From positions 1 through 35,819 of the IMG/VR virus record IMGVR_UViG_3300045988_054362: 35,819 nt of DNA. The stretch is one strand, 5' to 3'. The translations under genes were made by a program, and so were the position numbers. The stretch is from a virus. Below are positions 25,663-34,192 of the stretch, piece by piece (position 1 is the first letter of the stretch; each line of letters begins with the position of its first letter). Under the pieces are notes generated by a model. The model worked only from the letters and a program-made list of their open reading frames with translations. It made no database searches and had not been told where the DNA came from.

Positions 25663-28242
25663 ATATCAGACGGAACATTAAAGTTTGATACAAAGATTGA
25701 TACAAGTGGTCTAGAGAATGGACTGAAATCCGTTCATGAAGTCACAAGTGGAGCTACAAATGCTATCAAAGAAACTTCAAAAGCGATTGATAAGTTAGGT
25801 TCTGATGGTTCAAAAGCACCACCAAAGATTAGAGATAAACTTAAAGATTTAAACGAAGAGCAAAAGAATACACAGACAGAAACGCAAGAAACAGGTTCTA
25901 AATTTGATGTATTTAAACAAGTAGGAAACAGTGCCTTAGAATCAATTCAAGGTGGATTTGATGGACTATTAGGAAAGATTCAGAATATTAGTCCGGAAGC
26001 TTCTGCAATCACTGAAACATTAACAGGATTAGGAGTTGGAGGTGTTGTAGGTGTTACTGCCGTAGCAGGAGCTATCGGTGGTATGGCACTAGCAATTAAG
26101 ACAGGTGTTAACCAAGCTACAGAACTAGATGACGCTATGGCTAAATTCCAAGCTCAGACAGGTGCTTCAAGCAATGAAATGAGCAAATTTAAAAACATTG
26201 CTCGTGATGTTTGGTCTAATAATTTTGGTGAAGATATTTCAGATGTTGCCGATATGATGGGCAGAGTCAAGCAACAAATGCAAGGCATAAGTGACGTTGA
26301 CCTAAAGAACGTGACCGAGGATTTATTAACTTTAAGAGATACATTTGATATGGATGAGAATGAAACTCTTAGAGGTGCTCAACAATTAATGAAGCAATTC
26401 GGAATCACTTCTCAAGAAGCTTTCGACCTTATGGCTACAGGTGCTCAGAATGGTTTAAACAAATCAGATGAGTTAGGCGACAACATTTCAGAATACTCCG
26501 GTAAATTCGCACAAGCAGGATATTCGGCAGATGAATATTTCCAATTAATGCAGAATGGATTAGATGGTGGAGCTTATAACCTTGATAAAGTTAATGACGC
26601 AATCAACGAAGTTACCACAAGGTTAGTTGATGGAACTATTGAAGGAGCTTTAGATAGTTTTGATACCAAAACACAAGATGTATTTAAGGCATGGCAAGAA
26701 GGAAGAGCAACTCAAAAAGATGTTGTGAATGCGATTGTAGAAGATATTTCAAAGACTACAAATGAACAAGAAAAGTTGAATAAATCTGCAACGGCTTTCG
26801 GCACAATGGGAGAAGATTTCAACGCCGGATTCATTCAGTCCTTAACGACAGTAGGGAATAAATATAAAGACGTAGAAGGGGCAATGGATAAAGTTAAAGA
26901 TATCGCAAATGGTGGCTTAAAGAACGCTTTAAGTGGCTTAGGACGCGCATTTCTTGATTCATTTACTCCAATAGGCGAACTTATTACCCCTATTCTTGCA
27001 GGCATTGTAGGATTAATTACAGTAGCAATTCAAGGCATTCAACAAGGATTTGCTAAAGTTGGTGATGTAATTTCAAGCGTATTAAGTAAGATTGATACAA
27101 GTGGAATTACAGAATTAACAAATCAAGTTTCCGAAGTGTTAGCTCCTGCGTTTGATGAAGTTAGAAAAGCTATTGATGAAATGAAAGTTGCGCTTGAACC
27201 TATTGCAAAAGAAATCTTAGGTAAAATTGGTAACGCAATTCAAAATGTTGTTAACCAAGCTCAAAAGATTCTTAGCGTTGTAGGACCACCGATTCTAGCA
27301 ATCATTAAGAAGATTATTCAAACAGTTATCGGTATGATTCCTGTAATAACATCTATTCTTCAAGTAGTTGGAAGTGTGGTAAGTGGAATCATTTCATTTA
27401 TAACTATGGTTGTGAAGTATGTCGGAACTGCAATTGCAACAATACTAGGATTTATCATGCCTATTGTTCAAATTGTTGCTACAATCGTAGCGAATATTTG
27501 GTCTGTAATATTAACGGTTGCTCAAAATATTTGGAGCAAGATTAGCGAAGTGGTTACTGCAATTATTGGATTTGTCAACAATTTGTTTAAGACGGTTTCG
27601 GATATCATAAACAATATTTGGAGCAAGATTCAAGATACAATGAACAGAGTAGGAGATAAAGTTAAAGGTGTTATTGATAATATCAATAAATATTTCAATA
27701 ATATCAAATCTACGGTTTCTGATGTATTCAATGGCATTTGGGCTAAAGTTCAAGGTGTAATGGATAATGTAGGAAATAAAATTTCAAATGTTTTACAAGG
27801 AATACAAAATTCATGGAGTGGTTTAAAAGGATTTGTAAGTGGTGTATTTGGTGGAATTGAAGGAGCAGTTAGTTCGTTAGTTGGAAGTGTAAAAGGAATG
27901 GTAAATGGTGTTATCGGTGGCATTAACGGTGCAATCGGTATCATCAATAAGATTCCCGGAGTTCACATTGGAAAGATTCCAAGACTAGAGCGTGGTGGTG
28001 TATTGAAGCGTGGCCAAATCGGTTTATTAGAAGGTAATGGAGCAGAAGCGGTTGTACCTTTAGAAAGAAATAAAGCATGGATTCGTGCCGTAGCTAAAGA
28101 TATGGCTCAAATCATGCCTAGTGTAACCACAAACAACAATGGGCAGACTATCAACTTCTACAATAAAGCTCAAAGTCCGGATGAAATCGCTCGAATGTTA
28201 CGCATGCAGGCAAGATATGGATATGGAGGTGTAGTTCAATAG
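25663..28242 (+). CDS. Tape measure protein, ATA start
   Basis: There is an in-frame TGA at 25660-25662, then ATA. GGAGG lies 11 nt upstream. 140 codons have no ATG/GTG/TTG before ATG 26083. The N-terminus (SDGTLKFDTKIDTSGLENG) is TMP-like. Long helical/hydrophobic repeats (NIWSKI...) follow. Confidence 0.8.
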   Translation: MSDGTLKFDTKIDTSGLENGLKSVHEVTSGATNAIKETSKAIDKLGSDGSKAPPKIRDKLKDLNEEQKNTQTETQETGSKFDVFKQVGNSALESIQGGFDGLLGKIQNISPEASAITETLTGLGVGGVVGVTAVAGAIGGMALAIKTGVNQATELDDAMAKFQAQTGASSNEMSKFKNIARDVWSNNFGEDISDVADMMGRVKQQMQGISDVDLKNVTEDLLTLRDTFDMDENETLRGAQQLMKQFGITSQEAFDLMATGAQNGLNKSDELGDNISEYSGKFAQAGYSADEYFQLMQNGLDGGAYNLDKVNDAINEVTTRLVDGTIEGALDSFDTKTQDVFKAWQEGRATQKDVVNAIVEDISKTTNEQEKLNKSATAFGTMGEDFNAGFIQSLTTVGNKYKDVEGAMDKVKDIANGGLKNALSGLGRAFLDSFTPIGELITPILAGIVGLITVAIQGIQQGFAKVGDVISSVLSKIDTSGITELTNQVSEVLAPAFDEVRKAIDEMKVALEPIAKEILGKIGNAIQNVVNQAQKILSVVGPPILAIIKKIIQTVIGMIPVITSILQVVGSVVSGIISFITMVVKYVGTAIATILGFIMPIVQIVATIVANIWSVILTVAQNIWSKISEVVTAIIGFVNNLFKTVSDIINNIWSKIQDTMNRVGDKVKGVIDNINKYFNNIKSTVSDVFNGIWAKVQGVMDNVGNKISNVLQGIQNSWSGLKGFVSGVFGGIEGAVSSLVGSVKGMVNGVIGGINGAIGIINKIPGVHIGKIPRLERGGVLKRGQIGLLEGNGAEAVVPLERNKAWIRAVAKDMAQIMPSVTTNNNGQTINFYNKAQSPDEIARMLRMQARYGYGGVVQ

Positions 28243-29111
28243 ATATCAATAAAGTAAGAGTTATTGTCCGTAGGGATGATGGAAAAGAATTTGAAATCGA
28301 CAACCAAAAAAGATGGAAGATTCCTTCAAGTAGTGGTTTAGATGGATTTGATTATGTAGCACCTTCATATACAACTCAAGACAATGCATTCGGAAACGGT
28401 GCTAGATTAATCGGTTCACGTATTCCTACAAAAGAAAGAAGCGTGAAAGCTACCTTTAAAGGCTCACTAGAAGAAAAAAGAGAAGAAAGGGAGAAGCTAC
28501 GGCGCTTCTTCCAATATTCTCATATATTTGATGTGATAGTCGAGTACATGGGAGAAAAGAAATATTGCAGAGGTAGATTATATGCGTATAGCTTACCAAC
28601 TGCTAACATCTACAAAGAATTAGAACTTGACTTTACGATATTATGCACACAACCTTTATTACTTTCATTTGATGATTTTGCAATGAATATTGCAGAAATT
28701 GGGGAAGGTTTAGCGTTCAATTTTGAAATACCGGAAACAGGCGTAAACTTTGGAACATTTACATTCGCTAGAGAAATCTATATTGATAATCAAGGCGATA
28801 CAGAAACATACTGTAGAGCAGTTATTGAAGCATTTGGAGATGTAACGAATCCAAAACTATTCAATAAAGATAAATATATTCGTGTATTAGATACACTACA
28901 CAATGGTGATGTATTAGAAATTGATTTAGTTTCTGAGCCTATTTCGATTAAAAAGAATGGTGTGAATTGTATCGGCAAAGTTGACAGAACCTCATCATTC
29001 AATGATATGACGATTCATTTAGGTGAGAATATCATAGGATATACGGCAGACAATGGAGATACGAATCTAGCTTGCACGGTTTATTACAATGAAAGGTATT
29101 TAGGTTTATAG
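28239..29111 (+). CDS. Distal tail protein (Dit), ATA start
   Basis: ATAGAT overlaps the TMP stop (caATAGat). GGAGG lies 9 nt upstream. 68 codons without a canonical start precede GTG 28443 and encode a typical Dit N-terminal domain. Confidence 0.7.
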   Translation: MDINKVRVIVRRDDGKEFEIDNQKRWKIPSSSGLDGFDYVAPSYTTQDNAFGNGARLIGSRIPTKERSVKATFKGSLEEKREEREKLRRFFQYSHIFDVIVEYMGEKKYCRGRLYAYSLPTANIYKELELDFTILCTQPLLLSFDDFAMNIAEIGEGLAFNFEIPETGVNFGTFTFAREIYIDNQGDTETYCRAVIEAFGDVTNPKLFNKDKYIRVLDTLHNGDVLEIDLVSEPISIKKNGVNCIGKVDRTSSFNDMTIHLGENIIGYTADNGDTNLACTVYYNERYLGL

Positions 29112-29112
29112 T

Positions 29113-30126
29113 ATGTCTTATTTTGGATTAGATAAAGATTTCAATATTGTTACACATCTAGCACCTTATAACGTGCAGTGGAATCGGCGATATTATGAAA
29201 CAGGAGATTTCGAGATTTATATTGATATAGGGCAGTATTCAAGCAATATCAAATATATTTATTCGACTGAGGATAAAGAGTTAGGAATTGTAGAAATACC
29301 ACATTATTCGGTTTCAAATAACACGAAACAAATGTTGCTAAAAGGCTCTTTCTTTGAAAAGATACTAGCAGATGATTGTATTTATCCTACATTTGCAAGT
29401 AGTGGAAAGATTGTTGATGTAGTAAAAAAGCTATTAGACAAGTATTGCTCATGGAAAATGGGATATAGATATGATGAATCCATCACAGATAGAGTAGACT
29501 TTCAAGAAACAGGAGAGAACCTTGATAAGAAGTTATATGAGTTACTCTATCCGTTAGAATTGTCGTTCCGCATAGAATATGACTATGTGTCAAGTACGTT
29601 CACATTCGTGTTGTATCGTGGTCGTGACTTGACTCAGAACAATGCAGATGGAAACAACTTTGTTACATTCTCTACAGAGTTTGGAAACATTGAAGAACCG
29701 GATGTTATGATTGATTCTAGTAAATACAAGAACTATGCAATCATTTGTGGTGAAGGACAGTCAGAAGAGCGTATTTATGTAGAATATGACGCTAGAATAG
29801 ATAAGAATGAAAGAATTAAAAAATTGTTCGTAGACGCACGTTCTGAGCGTATGGGTGATGATGTGACACTTGAGGATTACAAGAAAGCATTGATTCAAAA
29901 AGGAATTGAAAAACTAGCGGATTGTCAAATTGAAGAGAATGTGAATTTCAATTTAAATACGGATTCATACGAATACAAGGTTGATTATGATTTAGGTGAT
30001 AAAGTTGATGTTATAGTGGCAGATATCGGTTTAGTAATGACGGCAAGAATTAGAAATATATTTGAAGTCATTAAAAGTGGATATAGAACCTTAGAATTAG
30101 AGGTTGATAATTTAAAAATCATGTAA
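29113..30126 (+). CDS. Siphovirus Gp37-like tail-tip protein
   Basis: The N-terminus (YFGLDKDFNIVTHLAPYNVQWNRRYYETGDFEIYI) matches the Sipho_Gp37 pattern (from memory). It follows Dit. Confidence 0.55.
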   Translation: MSYFGLDKDFNIVTHLAPYNVQWNRRYYETGDFEIYIDIGQYSSNIKYIYSTEDKELGIVEIPHYSVSNNTKQMLLKGSFFEKILADDCIYPTFASSGKIVDVVKKLLDKYCSWKMGYRYDESITDRVDFQETGENLDKKLYELLYPLELSFRIEYDYVSSTFTFVLYRGRDLTQNNADGNNFVTFSTEFGNIEEPDVMIDSSKYKNYAIICGEGQSEERIYVEYDARIDKNERIKKLFVDARSERMGDDVTLEDYKKALIQKGIEKLADCQIEENVNFNLNTDSYEYKVDYDLGDKVDVIVADIGLVMTARIRNIFEVIKSGYRTLELEVDNLKIM

Positions 30127-30138
30127 GGAGTGAATTTA

Positions 30139-30651
30139 ATAGAAAAGAAAAATGGAGGATTTAAACAAATAGCAAGAAGTATGTTTTTTCTAGATAAGAT
30201 TAATGCAATGTGTGGTGTTGCCGTAGCCGTATTAACATACGTATTAGGTGAACATTGGTATTTATTCGCATTCTTCTTATTTATGAATGTAGTGGATTAT
30301 ATTACAGGGTGCATGAAATCGGCTATCGCTCATAAAATCAATAGCAACAAAGGTTGGACAGGTGTTTTAAAAAAGCTAGGCTATTGGATTATGATTGTTG
30401 TTGCGTTCACATTTAGTGCATTTCTAGTAGAAGTAGGAGAAATTCTAGGAATTGATTTCCATGTATCTACATTGTTAGGTTGGTTTGTGTTAGCTTCGTT
30501 ATGTATTAATGAATCTCGTAGTGTTATGGAGAATTTATTACAATGTGGTTACAATGTACCAAAAGCATTAACTAAAGGATTAGAAGTAGCAGATAAACTC
30601 ATTAACGAAAACGAAGAACAAGACAATGACGAATCAAGTACCTTGGAATAA
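30139..30651 (+). CDS. Holin (LL-H/phiLC3 family); start ambiguous (ATA 30139, ATA 30169 or ATG 30181)
   Basis: Three hydrophobic helices and the DYITG motif. AAGGAG lies 8 nt before ATAGAA at 30139. The listed GTG 30130 is inside the SD. Confidence 0.7.
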   Translation: MEKKNGGFKQIARSMFFLDKINAMCGVAVAVLTYVLGEHWYLFAFFLFMNVVDYITGCMKSAIAHKINSNKGWTGVLKKLGYWIMIVVAFTFSAFLVEVGEILGIDFHVSTLLGWFVLASLCINESRSVMENLLQCGYNVPKALTKGLEVADKLINENEEQDNDESSTLE

Positions 30652-30892
30652 GATTATTCTTGAAGAATTTATTAATCTAGCTTTATTAACTAAAGATGAA
30701 GAAATGATTCTAAGAACTAGAATATACGGATGGACAGTCAGAGAACAAGCCGATAGATTAAATATGAGTGTTTCTAGCGTTAATAGAATCATCAAAAAGA
30801 TTAAGAACAAGTATGATGAAGTAGAGAAGTATAGCGCAGTCCTACCACCAAGAAAAAGCAGTGAAAAAGAAATGTATCTAGATAAGAATTAA
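30626..30892 (+). CDS. Small sigma-70 region-4-like HTH regulator
   Basis: LTKDEEMILRTRIYGWTVREQADRLNMSVSSVNRIIKKIKNKY resembles a region-4/LuxR-type HTH. It overlaps the holin 3' end. Confidence 0.5.
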   Translation: MTNQVPWNKIILEEFINLALLTKDEEMILRTRIYGWTVREQADRLNMSVSSVNRIIKKIKNKYDEVEKYSAVLPPRKSSEKEMYLDKN

Positions 30893-30917
30893 GAGGTTGA
30901 AAAACCTCTTTTTTTTT
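30891..30917 (+). terminator. Strong intrinsic terminator
   Basis: AAGAGGTT, loop GAAA, AACCTCTT, followed by T7. Confidence 0.8.
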
Positions 30918-30995
30918 GACATTTATCTGATATTAATGTGAAAACAAACTGAAACTGCCTATGAATATAATTATGAGTGTAAAGAGGTGAGCGAA

Positions 30996-31421
30996 ATGTA
31001 TAATCCAATCAATGACAGAATTAACAATTTAATGAATCAAAAGCAGATGATTGAATCACAGTTACAAAACATTCAACAGTTAGCAAATATTCCACCTATT
31101 AACATAAACAACCAAATCACGCCTAACATGGCATTGAATGATTTCAATGGAAAATGGGTTAATAATGAGCAAGAAGCAAGGAATATGATGGTGAATGGTT
31201 TGCCTAGTATTATGCTAGATAGAAATGATTCAGTATTCTATATGAAGTCTTTAGACGGCAGTTTCAAAAAATACAGATTCCAAGAAGAAACAGAGCCAAA
31301 GAAAGACAACATAGAACAACGCTTAGACAAGCTAGAAGCTATGATATTAGGTCTAACAAACGGAAGTAATATAAATACAAAGGCAGAGAAAGAAACGCCT
31401 AGAAAGGAGCTTAAAGCGTGA
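30996..31421 (+). CDS. Q/N-rich hypothetical protein
   Basis: ATG follows AGAGGTG at 6 nt. No recognisable domain. Confidence 0.5.
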   Translation: MYNPINDRINNLMNQKQMIESQLQNIQQLANIPPININNQITPNMALNDFNGKWVNNEQEARNMMVNGLPSIMLDRNDSVFYMKSLDGSFKKYRFQEETEPKKDNIEQRLDKLEAMILGLTNGSNINTKAEKETPRKELKA

Positions 31422-31627
31422 ATCCTTTAATGAATATGATGAACCCTCAACAAATGTTATTGGGTATGTTACAACAAAGAAATCCACAAGCATTTAATCA
31501 AGTTCAACAATTAATGCAAAGTGGACAGAATCCCCAAGTATTGCTTAACAATATGATGGGACAACTAACGCCACAACAGAAACAACAGTTTGAAAATGTG
31601 GCTTCTCAGTATGGGCTAAAACGCTAA
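31418..31627 (+). CDS. Small Q/M/N-rich protein with NPQ repeats
   Basis: GTG follows AAGGAG at 8 nt. Low-complexity sequence with repeated NPQ..M(L/M) motifs. Confidence 0.45.
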   Translation: MNPLMNMMNPQQMLLGMLQQRNPQAFNQVQQLMQSGQNPQVLLNNMMGQLTPQQKQQFENVASQYGLKR

Positions 31628-31651
31628 TTGCGTTGAAAGGAGGAAATATAA

Positions 31652-32263
31652 ATGGAAAGCATGAATGGTATTCAACCAATGTACGATTTAGCAGACAGAA
31701 ACAACAATGAATTTGGTGGAGGATATTGGATTTGGATTATCCTTTTATTCTTACTATTTGGTGGAAACTGGGGTAACAATGGCAATATGCAGAATGACGC
31801 ATTAATGAATCAAGAATTTATTAAGCGTGATTTATTCAACACAAATCAGAATGTATCTAGCCAAGGCTATCAAAATTCAAGAGACATTTTAGAAAGCCGA
31901 TACACTACACAATTAGGCTTACAGAATCTAGGTCAACAGACTCAAGAATGTTGTTGCGTGAAGCAAAGAGCGATTGATGGAGTAAATGCACAAAACTTTA
32001 AGAACACGTGTGATATTACCACTGCAATCCACTCAGAAGCCGAAGCAACAAGAGCATTGATTAATGCTAACACAATGCAAGAATTGCGTGATAAATTAGC
32101 AGACAGAGATAGAGATTTATTGACTGCGAACTTCCAATTAAGTCAACAGGCGCAATCTGCAAATATCATCAATACATTGCAACCAACGCCAAAACCTGCA
32201 TATCTTACTTGCTCACCTTATTATGCGTATAATATGACAGGTTGTGGATGTAACCAAATCTAG
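31652..32263 (+). CDS. Membrane-anchored, cysteine-rich Q/N-rich protein
   Basis: ATG follows AAAGGAGGA. Gly-flanked TM segment (GGGYWIWIILLFLLFGGNWG). Cys clusters at ECCCV and CSPYYAYNMTGCGC. Confidence 0.55.
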   Translation: MESMNGIQPMYDLADRNNNEFGGGYWIWIILLFLLFGGNWGNNGNMQNDALMNQEFIKRDLFNTNQNVSSQGYQNSRDILESRYTTQLGLQNLGQQTQECCCVKQRAIDGVNAQNFKNTCDITTAIHSEAEATRALINANTMQELRDKLADRDRDLLTANFQLSQQAQSANIINTLQPTPKPAYLTCSPYYAYNMTGCGCNQI

Positions 32264-32298
32264 CTCGAAAGAGATTAGGCAATAGCCTTTGGATTATA

Positions 32299-32327
32299 GG
32301 GTAGTCGAAAGGCTACCCATTTATTTT
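32299..32327 (+). terminator. Intrinsic terminator with a GNRA-type loop
   Basis: GGGTAGTC, loop GAAA, GGCTACCC, then ATTTATTTT. Confidence 0.65.
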
Positions 32328-32345
32328 ATATAGGAGGAAAAGAAA

Positions 32346-32765
32346 ATGATTAATAGTATAGCAACGGCAGTACAGACAGTAGCAAACGGACAAAATGTAT
32401 TATTTCCAACGGACAGAGTAAGAACGAAATCTTGTCAATGTGCTTGTAAAGGTTGGCTTGCTCATGATGTAGGAAGTGGACTATTTACATTGACGAAACA
32501 AGGAATTTATGAAGTAGAATATACGGCAGACATCACAAGTGCAACAGTAGGAGTCGCTTCTTTAGAGCTAGAACAGAATGGAGAAGCAGTAGGAGGAACA
32601 GAATCTCTATATAATGTAGCTACTGCAAGTGCATATGGAAATGTTAGTGGCGCAACATTGATTCAAGTACCTTGTGGAGCTTCTTACACAATCACGCTAG
32701 GAAATAACAGTGGTTTAGATTTATCTGTTCAAAATGCAAATATCATCATTAAGAAATTAGCGTAG
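32346..32765 (+). CDS. BclA-C-terminal/C1q-like beta-sandwich domain protein (candidate)
   Basis: ATG follows TAGGAGGAA. The pattern GIYEVEYTADITSA ... LELEQNGEAVGGT ... ATLIQVPCGASYTITL ... NANIIIKKL resembles exosporium BclA-type globular domains (from memory). Confidence 0.4.
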   Translation: MINSIATAVQTVANGQNVLFPTDRVRTKSCQCACKGWLAHDVGSGLFTLTKQGIYEVEYTADITSATVGVASLELEQNGEAVGGTESLYNVATASAYGNVSGATLIQVPCGASYTITLGNNSGLDLSVQNANIIIKKLA

Positions 32766-32772
32766 GTGTATC

Positions 32773-33210
32773 ATGCAAGAGGTTAGAAAAAGGAATCTAG
32801 ACCTCTTAACAGAAGCAATGAGAGGACTAGAAAAAGGATACAATGATTTAGATTTTAAAGTCATGAGCCAAGCTTTAGACAATATCAAAGACATTGATAC
32901 AATACTAGCTATGGATGATGGAAGAACGGCTATAAATGCATTAAAAACAAATGATACAGATATTGAAGGAACGGAAATTGATGATAATATTGCATTGATG
33001 AATAGCCATTTTAGGAAATACATAGAAGCTAAAAAAGAATATAGAAAAGATAACAATGAAATTGATAAACGAAATTCGATTCGTGAATTAGAAGCTTTTT
33101 TGAATGCTATGTATGGAATCTTAGAAGAAATGAAAACATCTAGCGATTTTCAAGAAGAAAGAGAAATGGTCAGAGATAAATTAAGAGAAATGTTCTCAGT
33201 ATATCAGTAA
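32773..33210 (+). CDS. Hypothetical helical protein
   Basis: ATG follows TAGGTG. 145 aa. Confidence 0.5.
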   Translation: MQEVRKRNLDLLTEAMRGLEKGYNDLDFKVMSQALDNIKDIDTILAMDDGRTAINALKTNDTDIEGTEIDDNIALMNSHFRKYIEAKKEYRKDNNEIDKRNSIRELEAFLNAMYGILEEMKTSSDFQEEREMVRDKLREMFSVYQ

Positions 33211-33220
33211 TAAAAACCTC

Positions 33221-33237
33221 TTTTATGTGCTATAATT
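33221..33237 (+). promoter_or_regulatory. Extended -10 promoter (TGcTATAAT) in front of the endolysin; copy 1 of a 17-nt repeat
   Basis: TTTTATGTGCTATAATT with TATAAT at 33231-33236. An identical 17-mer occurs at 34088-34104. Confidence 0.5.
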
Positions 33238-33261
33238 AGTGCATAAAGGAGGATTTTTTTA

Positions 33262-34023
33262 ATAAATTATCAAAATTTCAAAAAAGCCGTATTAGGCAAA
33301 GCATTCGACATTGACGGATACTATGGTTCGCAATGTTGGGACGGATTCGCAAAGTACATGATTGATTTAGGCTATCAAGCTATTCATTGCACAACGAGTA
33401 AATTTGTTAAGGACATTTGGAACAACAGAAAGACAAACGGAATCTTAAACTACTGCAATGAAGTTTCAATTATGCAACCTGGAGACATTGCCGTCTTTAA
33501 AGAAGTAGCAGGATGGACGCCATACAGTCATATTGCTATTTTTGATTCAGATATTGACGGTAAATTTGGATGGTTCTTAGGACAGAACCAAGGTGGAAAG
33601 AATGGAGCATTTACACTTTGCAAATTGCCTTATTACGCAACGTTTGATACCGCATTTAGACCTAAATGTTTCGCAAATAGTGGAGCTACAAGTCCAAGCA
33701 TTCCACAACCTGTGGAAGCAATCGACCAAATCTTACACGCAGGAAGTTACGTAACATCAGTTCAAATGAAGATTGGCAATCAAGGATTGAAAAACATCAA
33801 TAACGAGACTTGTGCTTATTTACCACAATTAGGCGGTTTGTTTCCAATTCGTATGGTTGACAAAGTTCGCTATTCTGATGGATATAATGATAACGTATTG
33901 CATACAACAAATGCCGTTGTCTATGTAACTAGAATTCGTGTTGATGAAGTCAATGTGCAAAAGAATCTTGCAAAAATCGGTGGAATTTGGGTAAATTGTG
34001 ACCCATTAATTGAAGTAGCATAA
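33262..34023 (+). CDS. Endolysin, N-terminal CHAP amidase/peptidase plus a C-terminal wall-binding domain, ATA start
   Basis: The CHAP motifs are DIDGYYGSQCWDG (catalytic Cys), YSHIAIF (His) and LGQNQGG. The Cys is encoded at about 33334, upstream of the first ATG (33358). The frame opens at 33247. GGAGG lies 9 nt before ATA 33262. Confidence 0.8.
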   Translation: MNYQNFKKAVLGKAFDIDGYYGSQCWDGFAKYMIDLGYQAIHCTTSKFVKDIWNNRKTNGILNYCNEVSIMQPGDIAVFKEVAGWTPYSHIAIFDSDIDGKFGWFLGQNQGGKNGAFTLCKLPYYATFDTAFRPKCFANSGATSPSIPQPVEAIDQILHAGSYVTSVQMKIGNQGLKNINNETCAYLPQLGGLFPIRMVDKVRYSDGYNDNVLHTTNAVVYVTRIRVDEVNVQKNLAKIGGIWVNCDPLIEVA

Positions 34024-34060
34024 ATTACATATAAAACCTTAAACTATTTTTCGTATATTA

Positions 34061-34091
34061 GACCGTATAATTTTGTACGGTCTTTGTTTTT
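34061..34091 (+). terminator. Intrinsic terminator after the endolysin
   Basis: GACCGTA, 8-nt loop, TACGGTC, then TTTGTTTTT. Confidence 0.7.
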
Positions 34092-34104
34092 ATGTGCTAT
34101 AATT
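34088..34104 (+). promoter_or_regulatory. Extended -10 promoter, copy 2 of the 17-nt repeat (no ORF downstream)
   Basis: TTTTATGTGCTATAATT with TATAAT at 34098-34103. Confidence 0.45.
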
Positions 34105-34109
34105 TATAT

Positions 34110-34175
34110 GGCTTTGAGGTTAATATACATTTTGATATTAATTTATGGTAGCTCTGTTTATACAGGGCTTTTTTT
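34110..34175 (+). ncRNA. Candidate small RNA (orphan promoter-to-terminator unit, about 66 nt)
   Basis: The predicted start is about 7 nt after the -10. The terminator is AGCTCTG, loop TTTATA, CAGGGCT plus T7 (34150-34175). No SD-preceded ORF lies inside. Confidence 0.3.
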
Positions 34176-34192
34176 ATTTTCCTAAAAAAACA

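Noticed and set aside
25659-25688. TTG at 25659 as a conventional tape measure start.
   Set aside because: It is out of frame with the TMP and terminates after ten codons (TGA at 25686-25688).
30916-30971. Sigma-70 promoter for the cargo island (TTGACA at 30916, TATAAT at 30966).
   Set aside because: The two hexamers are 44 bp apart, and neither has a correctly spaced partner. No promoter is called.
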